Virus record (IMG/VR): IMGVR_UViG_3300020439_000003
Span: 1 to 64,000 of that record
From: a virus
Reading direction: 5' to 3' (one strand)
Length of the DNA stretch: 64,000 nt
Below the pieces are notes generated by a model. The model did no database searches. It was not told where the DNA came from and saw only the letters and a list, made by a program, of their open reading frames with translations. Below, in pieces: positions 39,501 through 43,263 of the stretch (position 1 is the first letter of the stretch; each line of letters opens with the position of its first letter). Both the position numbers and the translations under genes were made by a program.

Positions 39501-39824
39501 CTGAGCATAATAGATAACTTCATTATCAATCATCACAGATCCATCCTGAGGGATGAATCCATCAATTTGTTCTACTTCAATCGTATCAATTTCAGCATCA
39601 ACATCCTTGATCACCGTCGTGCTAGAAGTCAGCAGTTTGGGATCATAGGCATCAAGATCAAGATACCTAAGCAAATTGTTCAGGATGTTATAGGAACGTC
39701 CTGTCTTCTCTTGTGACTTGTAATATTCAAAGAGAAATTGTACGAACTGCTGATCTTCTTCCCGAATAAATTCAGGGAGTTGGTCAGCAACTCTGTCCGA
39801 GATGTTAATTCTGTCTGCAAACAT
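18588..39824 (-). CDS. gp7: Giant gp7-like baseplate wedge initiator (7078 aa), multidomain
   Basis: Lies between gp6 and gp8. The N-terminus VADQLPEFIREEDQQFVQFLFEYYKSQE and the motifs IKDFYISKGT and IQDSFFYQNFSYVIKS...NHPTGF fit cyanophage gp7. It also has GxGY repeats, a YHYH-like segment (~35150-35520), two LamG-like domains (~32450-32980, ~24780-25200), CBM5/12-like repeats, helical Cys repeats and a C-terminal Ig-like domain. Confidence 0.8.
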   Translation of the reverse strand: MFADRINISDRVADQLPEFIREEDQQFVQFLFEYYKSQEKTGRSYNILNNLLRYLDLDAYDPKLLTSSTTVIKDVDAEIDTIEVEQIDGFIPQDGSVMIDNEVIYYAQTVRGPDVILTPGISLQEFNKKRQALESPWTDFDGSRTTFDLKFLGTPVSPVSAAHLAVTVYGDLLIPDVDYTITGSQIIFTTAPRARTGNDQVELTQILYYIGFADSVIKELVHPPLENLIGGDSMVVQYDNLPYAPIAEIGLIINRNGVLQRPFDDYVLTDNNTRIKFFVNISGQDTFHIRSIEYVSPSVGLGAEAVTRVGANGEIEAITIKKGGSGYRLNFAPKVSIFSSTGKGTGAAARSLVNGIKNVKLINGGQGYTAYNPPVVRITEPGDLINGSRAAAKITVDDTTGQVSGIEITNSGSGYDFIPAITFINPGGAECSDPTIDSEGRLVDGSITVTKYGLGYSNPPTIYIDPAPEDGIDAEATCSVSPDGQVVSVTITNRGRGYQTAPRARVVQPVGAQVLDVTVANGSVTNINLLTGGSGYTDAPSVYIVDDRKGPLGESIGGTGAMAAATIFNGEITDINITNFGEGYSTENPPKVYIAEPLAAQASCDVGFGEVTGCLIRSAGQDYEPSSLRGCARGVSDVVQFDNFGNQVYAKEEQLAQTNHTVGSVVHNLDAQIIRRVFDKFRDQYMPTINIDYAQVNPVQVIKTIKDFYISKGTKTAAQYLFKILFGEEVDVYYPRDELVTPSAASWVVDTILRAELISGDPINLPNAQLIQIEDPVDQNIKNASVLIENVISIIEGTDTIYELAISEETLSGSFKIPYKTTLVEPLSTDGNIITVDSTIGWPEKNGTIIIDDSEVVQYKEKSLNQFIECTRSKNGVVEDWDPGTTIHSDIFVWVNKGTDTEVKLRVLGIAEAGTTVLEDTGSYYLPGDKLNVAALGGTDTDERLQSWLYNVKKLIKVTSITPGGSNNQTATVVCDNPHGLLVEDKVTIYGANPAIYNGTYEVTSRLDDFTFTYAIPVPTQITPQGNILLSVDLNRGKSTINSINEVVSLFTSNIQNTFFNNNYVYVAASGLPNYKIGPFQGSALIPGNQRKLLRFPRTVSTVSTRTTIQPNNPVGSWVNGVAAWSYKSKDYVTFGPLTAIAITNNGIDYDAGNKPALQISGGGGTGAAASVTVNGSLFSIDVTDQGSGYTAQPLISIVGGGGSGATAQAVVTNGRVTRILVENAGTGYTSQPTISITGGGGTGALATAQVRGPISGVSLTSAGTGYTSTPEIKLNSGEGALAQPIVINGRIVSIAIINSGEAYTTAPTVYINGDGFGAQATAIIGTLGEDKGKVISIQITNKGVGYTQGNTTVRLEAVGQLATFEATVFKWNKNLEYELNSKYDVARGYVFTGFNNQYGGEYAHVSDPKELRYVVGDNVVLDPQTQNFREVGQNEAHSPIIGWAFDGNPIYGPYGYIDPTDQNSGLRRMRSSYKLKDEVVYNIDTNPTPARTDGPLLATYPAGTFINDYEYDFQRGDLDPYNGRFCKTPDYPAGTYAYFVTIDESDAGLPVFPYIVGPQFNSVVDTWNLSQSATQENIPLDVSRFRDPYANVDIDIDRQPNQRSDELVTEREGEVIIFEIEDIDGDGIISPLEIATLQAMTEEAALQIYDYFPTVSTESRVDIEVENTTKFESAQIDGFVIENPGVSYQVNDTLFFDNTGTDGFGASAQIESVTGQTISAYRKEIIDDEPYGKITTSNDHELIAQDEVIVSSKVITDNTNKRFYMSVVTGIESISVDQIGVGYNESIPPTYEIITDSGQDVELDIILDTTTGKVDRVDIINSGFDYDIEDVPQIRVSHPQQFKKTYYWVNQYVESGTNASTFEIIDVQTASDRTTYVCGELTQSNGESSAFLAKFSDLGGLIWDRSLLPSSSIKTARFKKIYLDETSEDNHLIYVLGETESQSTSGYNPDILLVKYESGLDNANNPEGVIRFQKEIAGVSGATRRDYAGDIYLDDEQRLYICGWTDTNSPDPDDIWVMQLNNQGDVVEKRKFASDSEGEQMHQLHYIGNNKIVFAGIDLDNNDLMFGEMVYDGANIEMSYVKKLAVSGGQVQRPQFVLDSYNDLFFVCDMWNGTKHYGVAFFKIALEQVRLTLSTPEWFFSKIIAPSISFESINHAGVSLDEFGNVNVLTHIKYEDNNQQVVALNFKYNGTMQYKTNIIRGAWDSVNSDTDYGLGFTTTTHSVDNSGDIIVPLNIQKSVPTAVYRFNDSADTYFDATKQKKSAVTVTGGANILRDDTIYKFGSASLKLQAAGRLDWTDLDNNDDWTVGMWVKMIGTHASNNPKMEMITCIADNGDKVIYSINGTVGDPNFGKVTLDITPQGGGGTTVVSVGSTYFTTMVSEAWHHIVLVKEEPTLGSYVYSAYFDGVQVCTATRTEDIAMDDLAVLSNATSGATNTSFIGWVDDIIVEPRAVYTGSSLTVPTERYRIETVNAGLDMVKFDRLHSKRGDYQIDGSQGIVFSEATQININNLNNPVITVWSEGSSGLQILDYSDVTSTLNFGTYTFGETVNTYTSKTSTVPSPLGKRLLISPNVIAKYYIRDAAYSKMDNVKKFTFNQDVKFDKGTVIQQFNAQGVTQAYGTIVETPVGPINNPGYGTEYKIGKIFGNFNNTDRFRNSTGQENLIEEIDFTVSRPQAEWVTGKAYNVNDQVYSDGKIYAATNTATSGATAPTHEIGIVTDGAVTWNYISAAGTIQVNLADYAWPTPLVDQWETNRSYQINDFVYYGRNKYQATTGGISGATVPVHTTGTASDGNVTWSYVSTYDPLSDYARFRPFRPEEYRVTIIDTYSDSDFIIGDVVSLGGSITAGPNADNAKIADINGVTTVKTIKLTVTLDKDIIRTSEGRSDLIYATAVTPHNYSAGNILFVQGFNSGEFNGSFFVQEVFSSRDFTYRLRDTASGDPGYTSGIAGVKIASKHPTLMLTRNHSYIFDMSDSSNFGYYLSFSQDNQYKLEYSFNVIEREGTPGLASATETPVVKFTIGGEVTNITYYFDPSRLGANSPVGNNSFIDVIKTPFDGKFTISEVISDTEFRFKLLHEPEFTNAEIGEDEFDRPNSSYSTTSVKAIGPINTIKLISPGGFYKKLPVVSDIASDRKIEKVRISNGGTEYASGVYTQVPILGDGEGGLVQITVEVDDEIGSGTITDVALTDPGKGYTTASIDVDGIEGILGPTLSGSGAELEVVIPAEGSGAAVFLTGRQIGKIKTLKNNEFGYGYSHDYTLRPEIAFPINLQLFNTSILSQIKITNPGAGYTSAPSVIITGGGGSGAEAEAVVKNNRLSEILIKNPGAGYSSQPVVTLKSEFTYVVNLDLNYLQFNFPHGITTGAEVQFRADDIGSEVGVLPKPSSVGLTSLSSTQTYYAIAGNVNGLEADQLRFALTQVDAESGNFITFLTQGDGRQVLLTEVFGGQAEAVVETSRFLEGEELFQGESYELASAFGIVSENEGWQIQPKILKVTNPRGDFVVGGKVQGVISRASGLIDNINIAKGVLNIDALTKTPGRFIDDVGKPSEIVQKIQDSFFYQNFSYVIKSQIPINRWKQQILENNHPTGFNMFGQLELTGGKDISGRKVVAGFTKQVNINEYTNVNQITSFGAAQPIYSTFNNSEVLFRKKRLTNSEEILTSIVKKIDDISAQFDGSTKQFPLRVEGENLIVKDNQLVVTLNGVIQAPGESFQIVGNNIVFAEPPRPDSKVVYRNVEFDIMPITRLNLNTIGGIFPELGDTVNGFTSEARARVVATGATSIDVVDIQGGPFDLNERIDVGRTGFSALIGSIDDSITKLYLENVGGTFTQQALGGVRVTGQTTGATATVFTVNPTDYTIDVTDMANGYFERGEAVTFFGLQYGGDILNVDSVNYKTIFEFGETVTNLDGDKAIIEETNQDLDGNIDDKLVLSKTSGTAEFETGIYDIGLQDIIYSASSNIAARITSTSPYRDPIVNINLVRPVGGEAGWNSFSEGDKIQGPGGTASGEVVRVDQEASPPILYYLKGSVADFQDGDTIQRYTVDTTTGSRILDNMTEVVSGEVRLGDVVDQLIINKGSTFFGLVFERLISLTNANVILDDISKTTITPTLIDDADQRINADFLDFEEVRSTEIEYENLTGGTLAAGDNLRSITFEYGNTVTDSKNRWKDAGRMISLNKDEIVDFANAEIAVEHPGFYYPGDNATDAWSRYADAYRLIQKNKEYIQAKSYALMTAEYPALTVPSADKCKRDIGYYIDALSFDVYSGGTVYTRKLAQKYFSADGLNFLYVNNEAAATEFAFDKATELMRQALRNDLNGSEVVDGVTYIFYNERTTGGSTGTGITADPSPGNNYGTAGSNSQNYGTNNCSDVQSALQTLCDNISVILLAGSLADLLDEVIPTQYTANEVKCRRDIGLMVDALSADITDDGNYNIVEFAKKYFTNGSPISNGLVGELAESLTAFRKAGEMARRAINNLLYVQVNTRTPELGYMLKDPSTYQGPYLGAAGTTLAQFTPTAATYTPSTGVMSISIGTHSLSTSDSVTIRPYSMRFTCTSDGGATFHDYPRTGDPAFNTALNITATTATTIDVNVGASPLVQFTPTGANYNPATGSLELTIGSHSLSIGDNITIAQGSLTFTCTQDSNGSNHQYPRASDPANGQYLSISAVTATTITVNVGASPTGQQYPHTFVSASANAVSTGGGYTHTFISAVDNAIFQGGGTEAAYYDPNYSSGGNESIQNCADVQAGIHTLVEIAAGAVGAGNLNAINALSPITDGTYNENENLRVFKLAYKDRGGNGFFIPGDTIRGLSSGASFEAKGTNSGLKWLFTNAVTGTFTDRETITNSKLTANGTITLTGLQKKAGTQSLHFQTHTGLSHSLSNVTKFGTTDFTIEMWLRPTTNPQSGIKYLWDTRTQSATLTQSPVLYLENNSIKYWINGLDQISGAHNMAQDQWSHVAVTRTTGITKVFVNGTQVGGDYSDTNTYVERPFRMMAGWDGTNSFQGYVDNFIIHNESLYAGTFTPTTTYPTNNQNILFGMDMEQSIIVSTEEAYATYTGQTNSAATAKKVNYATKEIIIEDIDLSRDEHRKCADMLELNLDWISETAVGKMAAKYPDFVIPGDTETSEQGTNKCIRDTKEYILKAIIADIRYGGNYNSVISGRGYLTKSGGLNYVGNELLQSIYAWNELAEIMNYVITTTSSDLVNYGTMVDENGDTVPAKYTDILRIPNNFASPASSQVTNEISSLADTIIDILCPTGDRFRDGGDAIWKNRDFIAEEVVGYIQDKYAADIQGPLGEIRSFDFLQMPGYGEPYCLRDIKKFILPAVITDLLTGGNSSTQYVLDQYINQDNQILHVEGELSAMLDAFEFTKKLVKHAINNTLLTNGTTAAGLGIDGRFQDDYYVAVWTTREVYRDTTITIDPQAPDQTRSGPNHDRLMDAADMIERNKYVIAWEAVHTMNDMSKFINFKVPGGRQNCVDDVVDIIESIVHDMRLGGNSKTWDAAALYLNSEDNTLLHVEGEEEASQWVMKFAQEMCIMTMRNGFGRDNLYIYRELDGGDGTPGGDLGGESFDEVETSSYEQNAVRDRYIDAANIIDRNIRFIAEEAVYLGQQQYPSLNINGGTTGGVNFTPTAATYTPASGVLELTIGSHSLVAGNQIYIQPHSLVFTCTKDGNATEHAYPRTTDPYYEDSIAITGVTGTTITVNVGASPAGEQYPHTFVRAEDNAVTTAGSIDCVHDVTDILSALVFNLKYGGNNRVFHAAELYVQSAAVAHVTSQVTETTWILNKAFDLAVDVMQNDTITKQGGHSYNQKFYGDLDYFPYSDPQYTITADGAPDGTFGVCNDVRSTMRTLMDIVNDTLATPASITDGTITKSLPNIWPIKYSNDMVHRDVSVTYDTGATGGWNSTCEQTASAIETLFDLVIDTVAKAASGSPTPTHLSTVTRTTPYNSNTDYQLYTCYNVISAADTLFDLMSETLGGGSFSERATARRLVFNKHAIVAKSFDEVTTQYPGTAAPESFAQVVVDAIIYDLNTGGNAGSMKLANTWFDGEGQFIAYEGVVRQHLIFYLLRISEACKRILYDQNSTAEWGTNNEYFRYLDDTLMDAIEYRFEYEQESTEFRIDASTNPINFALTRSTPPTNNSLIWVNSTHAQNLQNIYDEGTDWNTDPELVLNTPTVEVGFERRENRVKITRPNFYSRGDVLTYVPASADIERGLQGQSWFYVLNATPQYFEIAREIRHDARYSDFDVDLSTGGQQRFQVDVRSGINRETTTYGTRDIDTPISGGFNLADVVVGTSSNCRGDVIRTRNNEAEIIKLYKKANLVSASGRFTNGERVNVDGNPSNYGFIVQTSVLSGDNTDEGNCYIENITGIINAGDDLVGVDSAVTATVQGALTERMLINIDRGAFAQGEMIFNKGNGAEADIALYENSAGALVGNTGGRITIDIESLQDDFVDGDIIYGSVTDVILDIADITTTGFKNLELNQFVHATKTIQCQITNVIRDQGFLGDFNKGDLVYLLQGTIPAQPGWTAIVTEYNYDPDNSIHNVWLANLRPYGQAADGSTTVDPQLAANGSIGKFENLSNFPIFRADISSVTETSYTSYGRVAGKAISGTTGRIWLEDAVGDWPSNMSIISDYGWQAGVTQAKSLLGRCDRFFRGFDGTATSFKLTVNNGEAYFPDPAGHLLVFVNGVLQPPGATYAYTAFSDQIQFTEPPTIGSEFIGYYVGKLRQLDDISFEFDSLRSSFNLKYQGGFYSLTLTEGVSSNTILPENNIIVSLNGVIQEPGVGYNLVGSRIIFAEIPRAGSTFVAFSYIGSDADVIAATVVPPIEAGDILQIEGEGDPREVALIESSNSLITFEYTGTVKGRNAAALATIKTGEITKAQITAPGNGYTSRPNVDVISSTGFDGRVRALMGISSIVVKNPGIGYEAPVVEVETTVPDDFVAPEGGNVNGGFDTYAGEGTDADGNPIVIVPGYILINAQPTNVTVNQGQTASFTVDASFIVSEDGSVGTTALNYQWQRKQYGETNWVNITGQTNAVYSSNAAVQADDGDEFRVAITAAGAQPTYSNSVILTVQTGATIISGFTPTQIFQ
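21600..27360 (-). repeat. Tandem phycobiliprotein-like helical repeats inside gp7
   Basis: Repeated R-x-DA-x3-I-x2-N...YP..PG...C-x-[RDH]-D...[DN]-x3-[GD]G[NT] units: KCKRD, KCRRD, KCIRD, YCLRD, NCVDD and DCVHD, plus one Cys-less and one partial copy. Confidence 0.7.
22682..26312 (-). repeat. Three copies of an ~85-100 aa beta-rich module (FTPT.ATY.P..G...IG.HSL...FTC..D....H.YPR..DP...VNVGASP)
   Basis: Copies at about 26070-26312, 25765-26057 and 22682-22976, directly visible in the translation. Confidence 0.85.
31430..31800 (-). repeat. Two CBM5/12 (chitin-binding-like) repeats in gp7
   Basis: EWVTGKAYNVNDQVYSDGKIYAAT...APTH..G...DGAVTW and QWETNRSYQINDFVYYGRNKYQAT...PVH..G..SDGNVTW. Confidence 0.65.
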
Positions 39825-39829
39825 TTATC

Positions 39830-41965
39830 TTAGAAACAGGAGTCGATGTCGGGATACTCGAAAGCATCAATCGGGTAGTTAATCGTATTTATGTTGCCCC
39901 CACCATAGTTCCAACCAGCAAAGTTGAAGGGGTCAAAGTTAGGAATGTCACTGGGGTTAGTGACAAAATCAATCGGGTAAACTTCGGGGTTGAAGATGGT
40001 TGGGTCAACACCTGGCGGGATGGTAAGACCGTTACCATCGGGGAGAACCACAACGGGAACTCTCGTGTTGCCATCAGGGGTATCAGCAATATTTAGGGGT
40101 CCGACACAGACCTTTCCTGTATCATAATCTACCGTTCCAACAGACTCATTTAAGACAACTTCTTTTTCATTTCTGTTGGTCACCATGATCAATCCACCAC
40201 TACCATTGTCTCTGATGTTGACAGGTACAAGTGTTGAAGTCACAACTTCCTCTGAACTGAAAATAGCGTCTTCCAGAGCGGATTCAAAACCTGCTCGTCC
40301 ACCAGCAGTAGTCAATGAACCTGCTGCTTCACCAGCAGCAATTTGATCTGCTACGTCTTCGGTATAACCAGTTGCATAGAATGAACCTGTTTTAACGGAA
40401 GAGAACTTAGGATTACAATTACCACCACCGTCGCCGCCGTCTCCATCGCCACCAGGACCACCGTAGTCACCTGGGTTAACAATGGGGTTATTAAAGTCAA
40501 GACATTGTGTAAAGATATTTCCAAAGGTGAATTGGTCAAGGTTTTGACCAATAGTCATCTGACTGGTAGTACCAGCAATAGCATTGTCAGAAGAGTCAAT
40601 CATAGAATTGAACTTCGACATTTCCAGACGACCACCAAAGCGATCATCACGATTTTGACTATTAAATTTGTCAATAGATTTAAGAATCTCAGATGCCAAC
40701 TCGTTTGAGGATCTGGTTGTCTTGTTTCCATCGAACGAAGGATAAACCTTCGGGGACAGATAGTAGATTCTTGGGTCAACAACGATCGGTTGGATCGATG
40801 CCATAGAATAGTCAAGTAGTTGGTTCTGAATACGCTTTTTAGTCGTAGTGTTGAGGTTCACACCAGACTTAGAGCGAACAGCAATGTATACCTTGCCATA
40901 TTCAGGGGGTGACAGTTTCTCACCGCCGTAAGCAGTAACTGCTGCTGCCTGAGGATAGATGTCCTTTACGATATGAGCATAGTCATTCTCAGTAACTGCT
41001 CTGTTTTGGGTCGAGAACGCCCTTGGAGCACGATACTTGATAGATAGGGCAGATTCCTTCTCTTCGCCTGACTGAGACCCGTCTATGGTCGCCAGAGACA
41101 TCGATGAAGGCAAGATAGGACGGTTAGTGTTATCAATGGCACGTCCAATGAAATTAAACTTGGTTGCACCGTTAGCAGCAGGTCCGTCAGTGGCAATATA
41201 GGTCAGTACAACAAATTCATTATCAATCAACTTACGACCAAGAACACCATCGCCGAAAATAACCTTATATCTAAGGTCTTCGGTCTCTTCTAAGAAATAA
41301 ACACGAGAAGTAGAGTCAAGTGCAGTAACATTTCTAGAAACAGAGTATTCATCAATCTCAGCAGACTGTTCATTTGGTTTTACTGCAACAGTCAGCAGTT
41401 CAGTATCAACACCGTCAGCAGGAATCACATATTCTTGCTTTTTCGTATCATCAACGGTGTAATTAAAGGTAAGAAGGTTACCTTGATAGATTACCAGTTT
41501 CGTAAAGTTCGCAATACCAGTATTCTGGTCCACCGCTACTTGGGTGTCCTTCATAATGGCATAAGTATATGACTCACCATCTACCTGGGTGACGAATACG
41601 TCGCCTGCTTTGATAGTAACTGAGTCAGGGTAGGCAGAACCACCAGGAAGCAGTTGAGTCTGTGCAGAGACGCGCACACACGCCTTAGACGCCTTGATAG
41701 AACGAGGCGTATAGTTGATCTGTTTGGCAATGCGAACAATGTTGTCTCTAACAGTCGCACTTTCCAGGAATGCTTCGTTCATCGACATGTTTGCCAAGAA
41801 CGCAGCGTAGTGCGTATTGTAAGCAAGGATGTCGATCAGGTAAGAGGCAGTCGATCCCTCAAAATCATAATCCGTAAATTCAGGACGAGTCCTGAGATAG
41901 GATTTGATCGATTCCTTAATCTCAAAAAAGTCAAGAGACGTTAGTTCTGAGGGTGTTGCTGGCAT
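39830..41965 (-). CDS. gp6: Baseplate wedge subunit gp6
   Basis: Contains LDFFEIKESIKSYLR...FTDYDFEGS...LAYNTHY...NEAFLESAT, FGDGVLG and QNRAVT. Confidence 0.92.
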   Translation of the reverse strand: MPATPSELTSLDFFEIKESIKSYLRTRPEFTDYDFEGSTASYLIDILAYNTHYAAFLANMSMNEAFLESATVRDNIVRIAKQINYTPRSIKASKACVRVSAQTQLLPGGSAYPDSVTIKAGDVFVTQVDGESYTYAIMKDTQVAVDQNTGIANFTKLVIYQGNLLTFNYTVDDTKKQEYVIPADGVDTELLTVAVKPNEQSAEIDEYSVSRNVTALDSTSRVYFLEETEDLRYKVIFGDGVLGRKLIDNEFVVLTYIATDGPAANGATKFNFIGRAIDNTNRPILPSSMSLATIDGSQSGEEKESALSIKYRAPRAFSTQNRAVTENDYAHIVKDIYPQAAAVTAYGGEKLSPPEYGKVYIAVRSKSGVNLNTTTKKRIQNQLLDYSMASIQPIVVDPRIYYLSPKVYPSFDGNKTTRSSNELASEILKSIDKFNSQNRDDRFGGRLEMSKFNSMIDSSDNAIAGTTSQMTIGQNLDQFTFGNIFTQCLDFNNPIVNPGDYGGPGGDGDGGDGGGNCNPKFSSVKTGSFYATGYTEDVADQIAAGEAAGSLTTAGGRAGFESALEDAIFSSEEVVTSTLVPVNIRDNGSGGLIMVTNRNEKEVVLNESVGTVDYDTGKVCVGPLNIADTPDGNTRVPVVVLPDGNGLTIPPGVDPTIFNPEVYPIDFVTNPSDIPNFDPFNFAGWNYGGGNINTINYPIDAFEYPDIDSCF

Positions 41966-41966
41966 C

Positions 41967-42380
41967 TTACGTTCTCTCTAAGAGGAATTCAACAGTTTGA
42001 GTTTGCGGTTGACCAACGATTGCATATTCAATCGCTACGTCAATACTGTATTCATCATCAGAGAGGTTCACGTCAATGTTTTCGACCTCAACACGAGGTT
42101 CTAAACGTTGTATGGTATTACTTATCTCATCTCGCAGGTCTTCTGCGGTGAAAACGTCAAAGGGTTCAAATAATAGTCCTTTGACTCTTGATCCAATGTC
42201 AGGTTGATAGGGGCGTTCACCAAAAACCGTCAGTATCAGGTTTCTGATCGACTGCTTGATAGCATTTTCATTCTTCACCGTCGAGAAGTCTTCGGTATTA
42301 GGGTTTGCTTCAAATGAAACCGCTAGATCCTTAAAACCTCGGGAGAAAAACTTTTCTGATCGAAACCTGTACGACGGCAT
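41967..42380 (-). CDS. gp25: Baseplate wedge subunit gp25
   Basis: Contains KNENAIKQSIRNLILTVFGERPYQPDIGS...EPRV. Confidence 0.92.
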   Translation of the reverse strand: MPSYRFRSEKFFSRGFKDLAVSFEANPNTEDFSTVKNENAIKQSIRNLILTVFGERPYQPDIGSRVKGLLFEPFDVFTAEDLRDEISNTIQRLEPRVEVENIDVNLSDDEYSIDVAIEYAIVGQPQTQTVEFLLERT

Positions 42381-42386
42381 TGACTT

Positions 42387-42393
42387 TATTTAG
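42387..42393 (-). promoter_or_regulatory. Possible late promoter CTAAATA upstream of gp25
   Basis: TAAATA core in the short gap before gp25, very close to the ATG. Confidence 0.45.
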
Positions 42394-42620
42394 TCGTTAT
42401 CAGGATTATTTAGCAACTCAACGGGAGGGTTGTATTTTAGAAACTCCCAGAATGTCATTTTCATCTCTTTTTGGGTCATGCCGCAATGTTTAGCGGCATT
42501 TGGGAGATTCATTGTGGCATGGAAGAGTGCTTCGTTCGCTTGTTGAACAAGTTCGGGTGTAGTTTTAACGGCCTTGTCCACGATAACGTTTTTTCGCGTG
42601 GTTTGATGATGTCGCGGCAT
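42390..42620 (-). CDS. Small hypothetical protein, possibly HTH-like (true start probably downstream of 42620)
   Basis: MNLPNAAKHCGMTQKEMKMTF looks like a helix-turn-helix. The 5' part overlaps the 42565-42711 ORF. Confidence 0.6.
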   Translation of the reverse strand: MPRHHQTTRKNVIVDKAVKTTPELVQQANEALFHATMNLPNAAKHCGMTQKEMKMTFWEFLKYNPPVELLNNPDND

Positions 42621-42711
42621 ATTTGGTGTGCTGTCCTCGCCCTTGGCGTGTCTTTTTGGGTTTTGATTCGATGTGACTGCTGTTCAGTCCAGTTTTTGCT
42701 CGGGTTGCCAT
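42565..42711 (-). CDS. Small basic protein (48 aa) missing from the ORF track
   Basis: MATRAKTGLNSSHIESKPKKTRQGRGQHTKYAATSSNHAKKRYRGQGR*; fills the gap after the PAAR-like gene. Confidence 0.75.
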   Translation of the reverse strand: MATRAKTGLNSSHIESKPKKTRQGRGQHTKYAATSSNHAKKRYRGQGR

Positions 42712-42729
42712 GTCTTAATTAAAACGACT

Positions 42730-43263
42730 CTATGATGATAGCACAGTTGGACTGCCATATGCAACCACAGAGGAGCATGGATACGACCAGAAACGGAATC
42801 CAATACCCAATGGGTCCAGAACACGTCCGATAGGCAGTTTAGTTACAAATACAGTCAAACTGGTTGCCATGAGGAATCTAATGTGTCCAATACCTGCCAT
42901 ATCTTCAATAGTGAGAGCACTACAAATGATAGGAGTAAAGATAGGGCACAATGCCTTACCACATGGGCACATGTAGATGACAATATTCGTACATGGCGAG
43001 ATATGGTTAACAAAAACATCACCCAATGTCATCGTAGGTAACCCATTAGTCAGCACAAGTGCTTTGAGGGGGTTCAGGGCGGTGTAGGGGATCAATGGTT
43101 GAGGTGGCCACCAGCATGTCCACTCTTTGATCTTAATTGAATATGGTACAGGTGGAGTACCACATGCCTGAACAGAGTGAACTGTACCAGGAATGCAGAT
43201 ACCATGCCCTGAGCAGGGCAAACCTGTGATTGGTGCTACTGGTAGTAAGAGTCCGTATGCCAT
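42730..43263 (-). CDS. PAAR-like spike-tip protein (gp5.4-like), Cys-rich
   Basis: Contains CSGHG, VLTNGLP...GDVFVNH, GH...TVFVTKLPIGRVLD and CSSVVAYGSPTV. Confidence 0.7.
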   Translation of the reverse strand: MAYGLLLPVAPITGLPCSGHGICIPGTVHSVQACGTPPVPYSIKIKEWTCWWPPQPLIPYTALNPLKALVLTNGLPTMTLGDVFVNHISPCTNIVIYMCPCGKALCPIFTPIICSALTIEDMAGIGHIRFLMATSLTVFVTKLPIGRVLDPLGIGFRFWSYPCSSVVAYGSPTVLSS

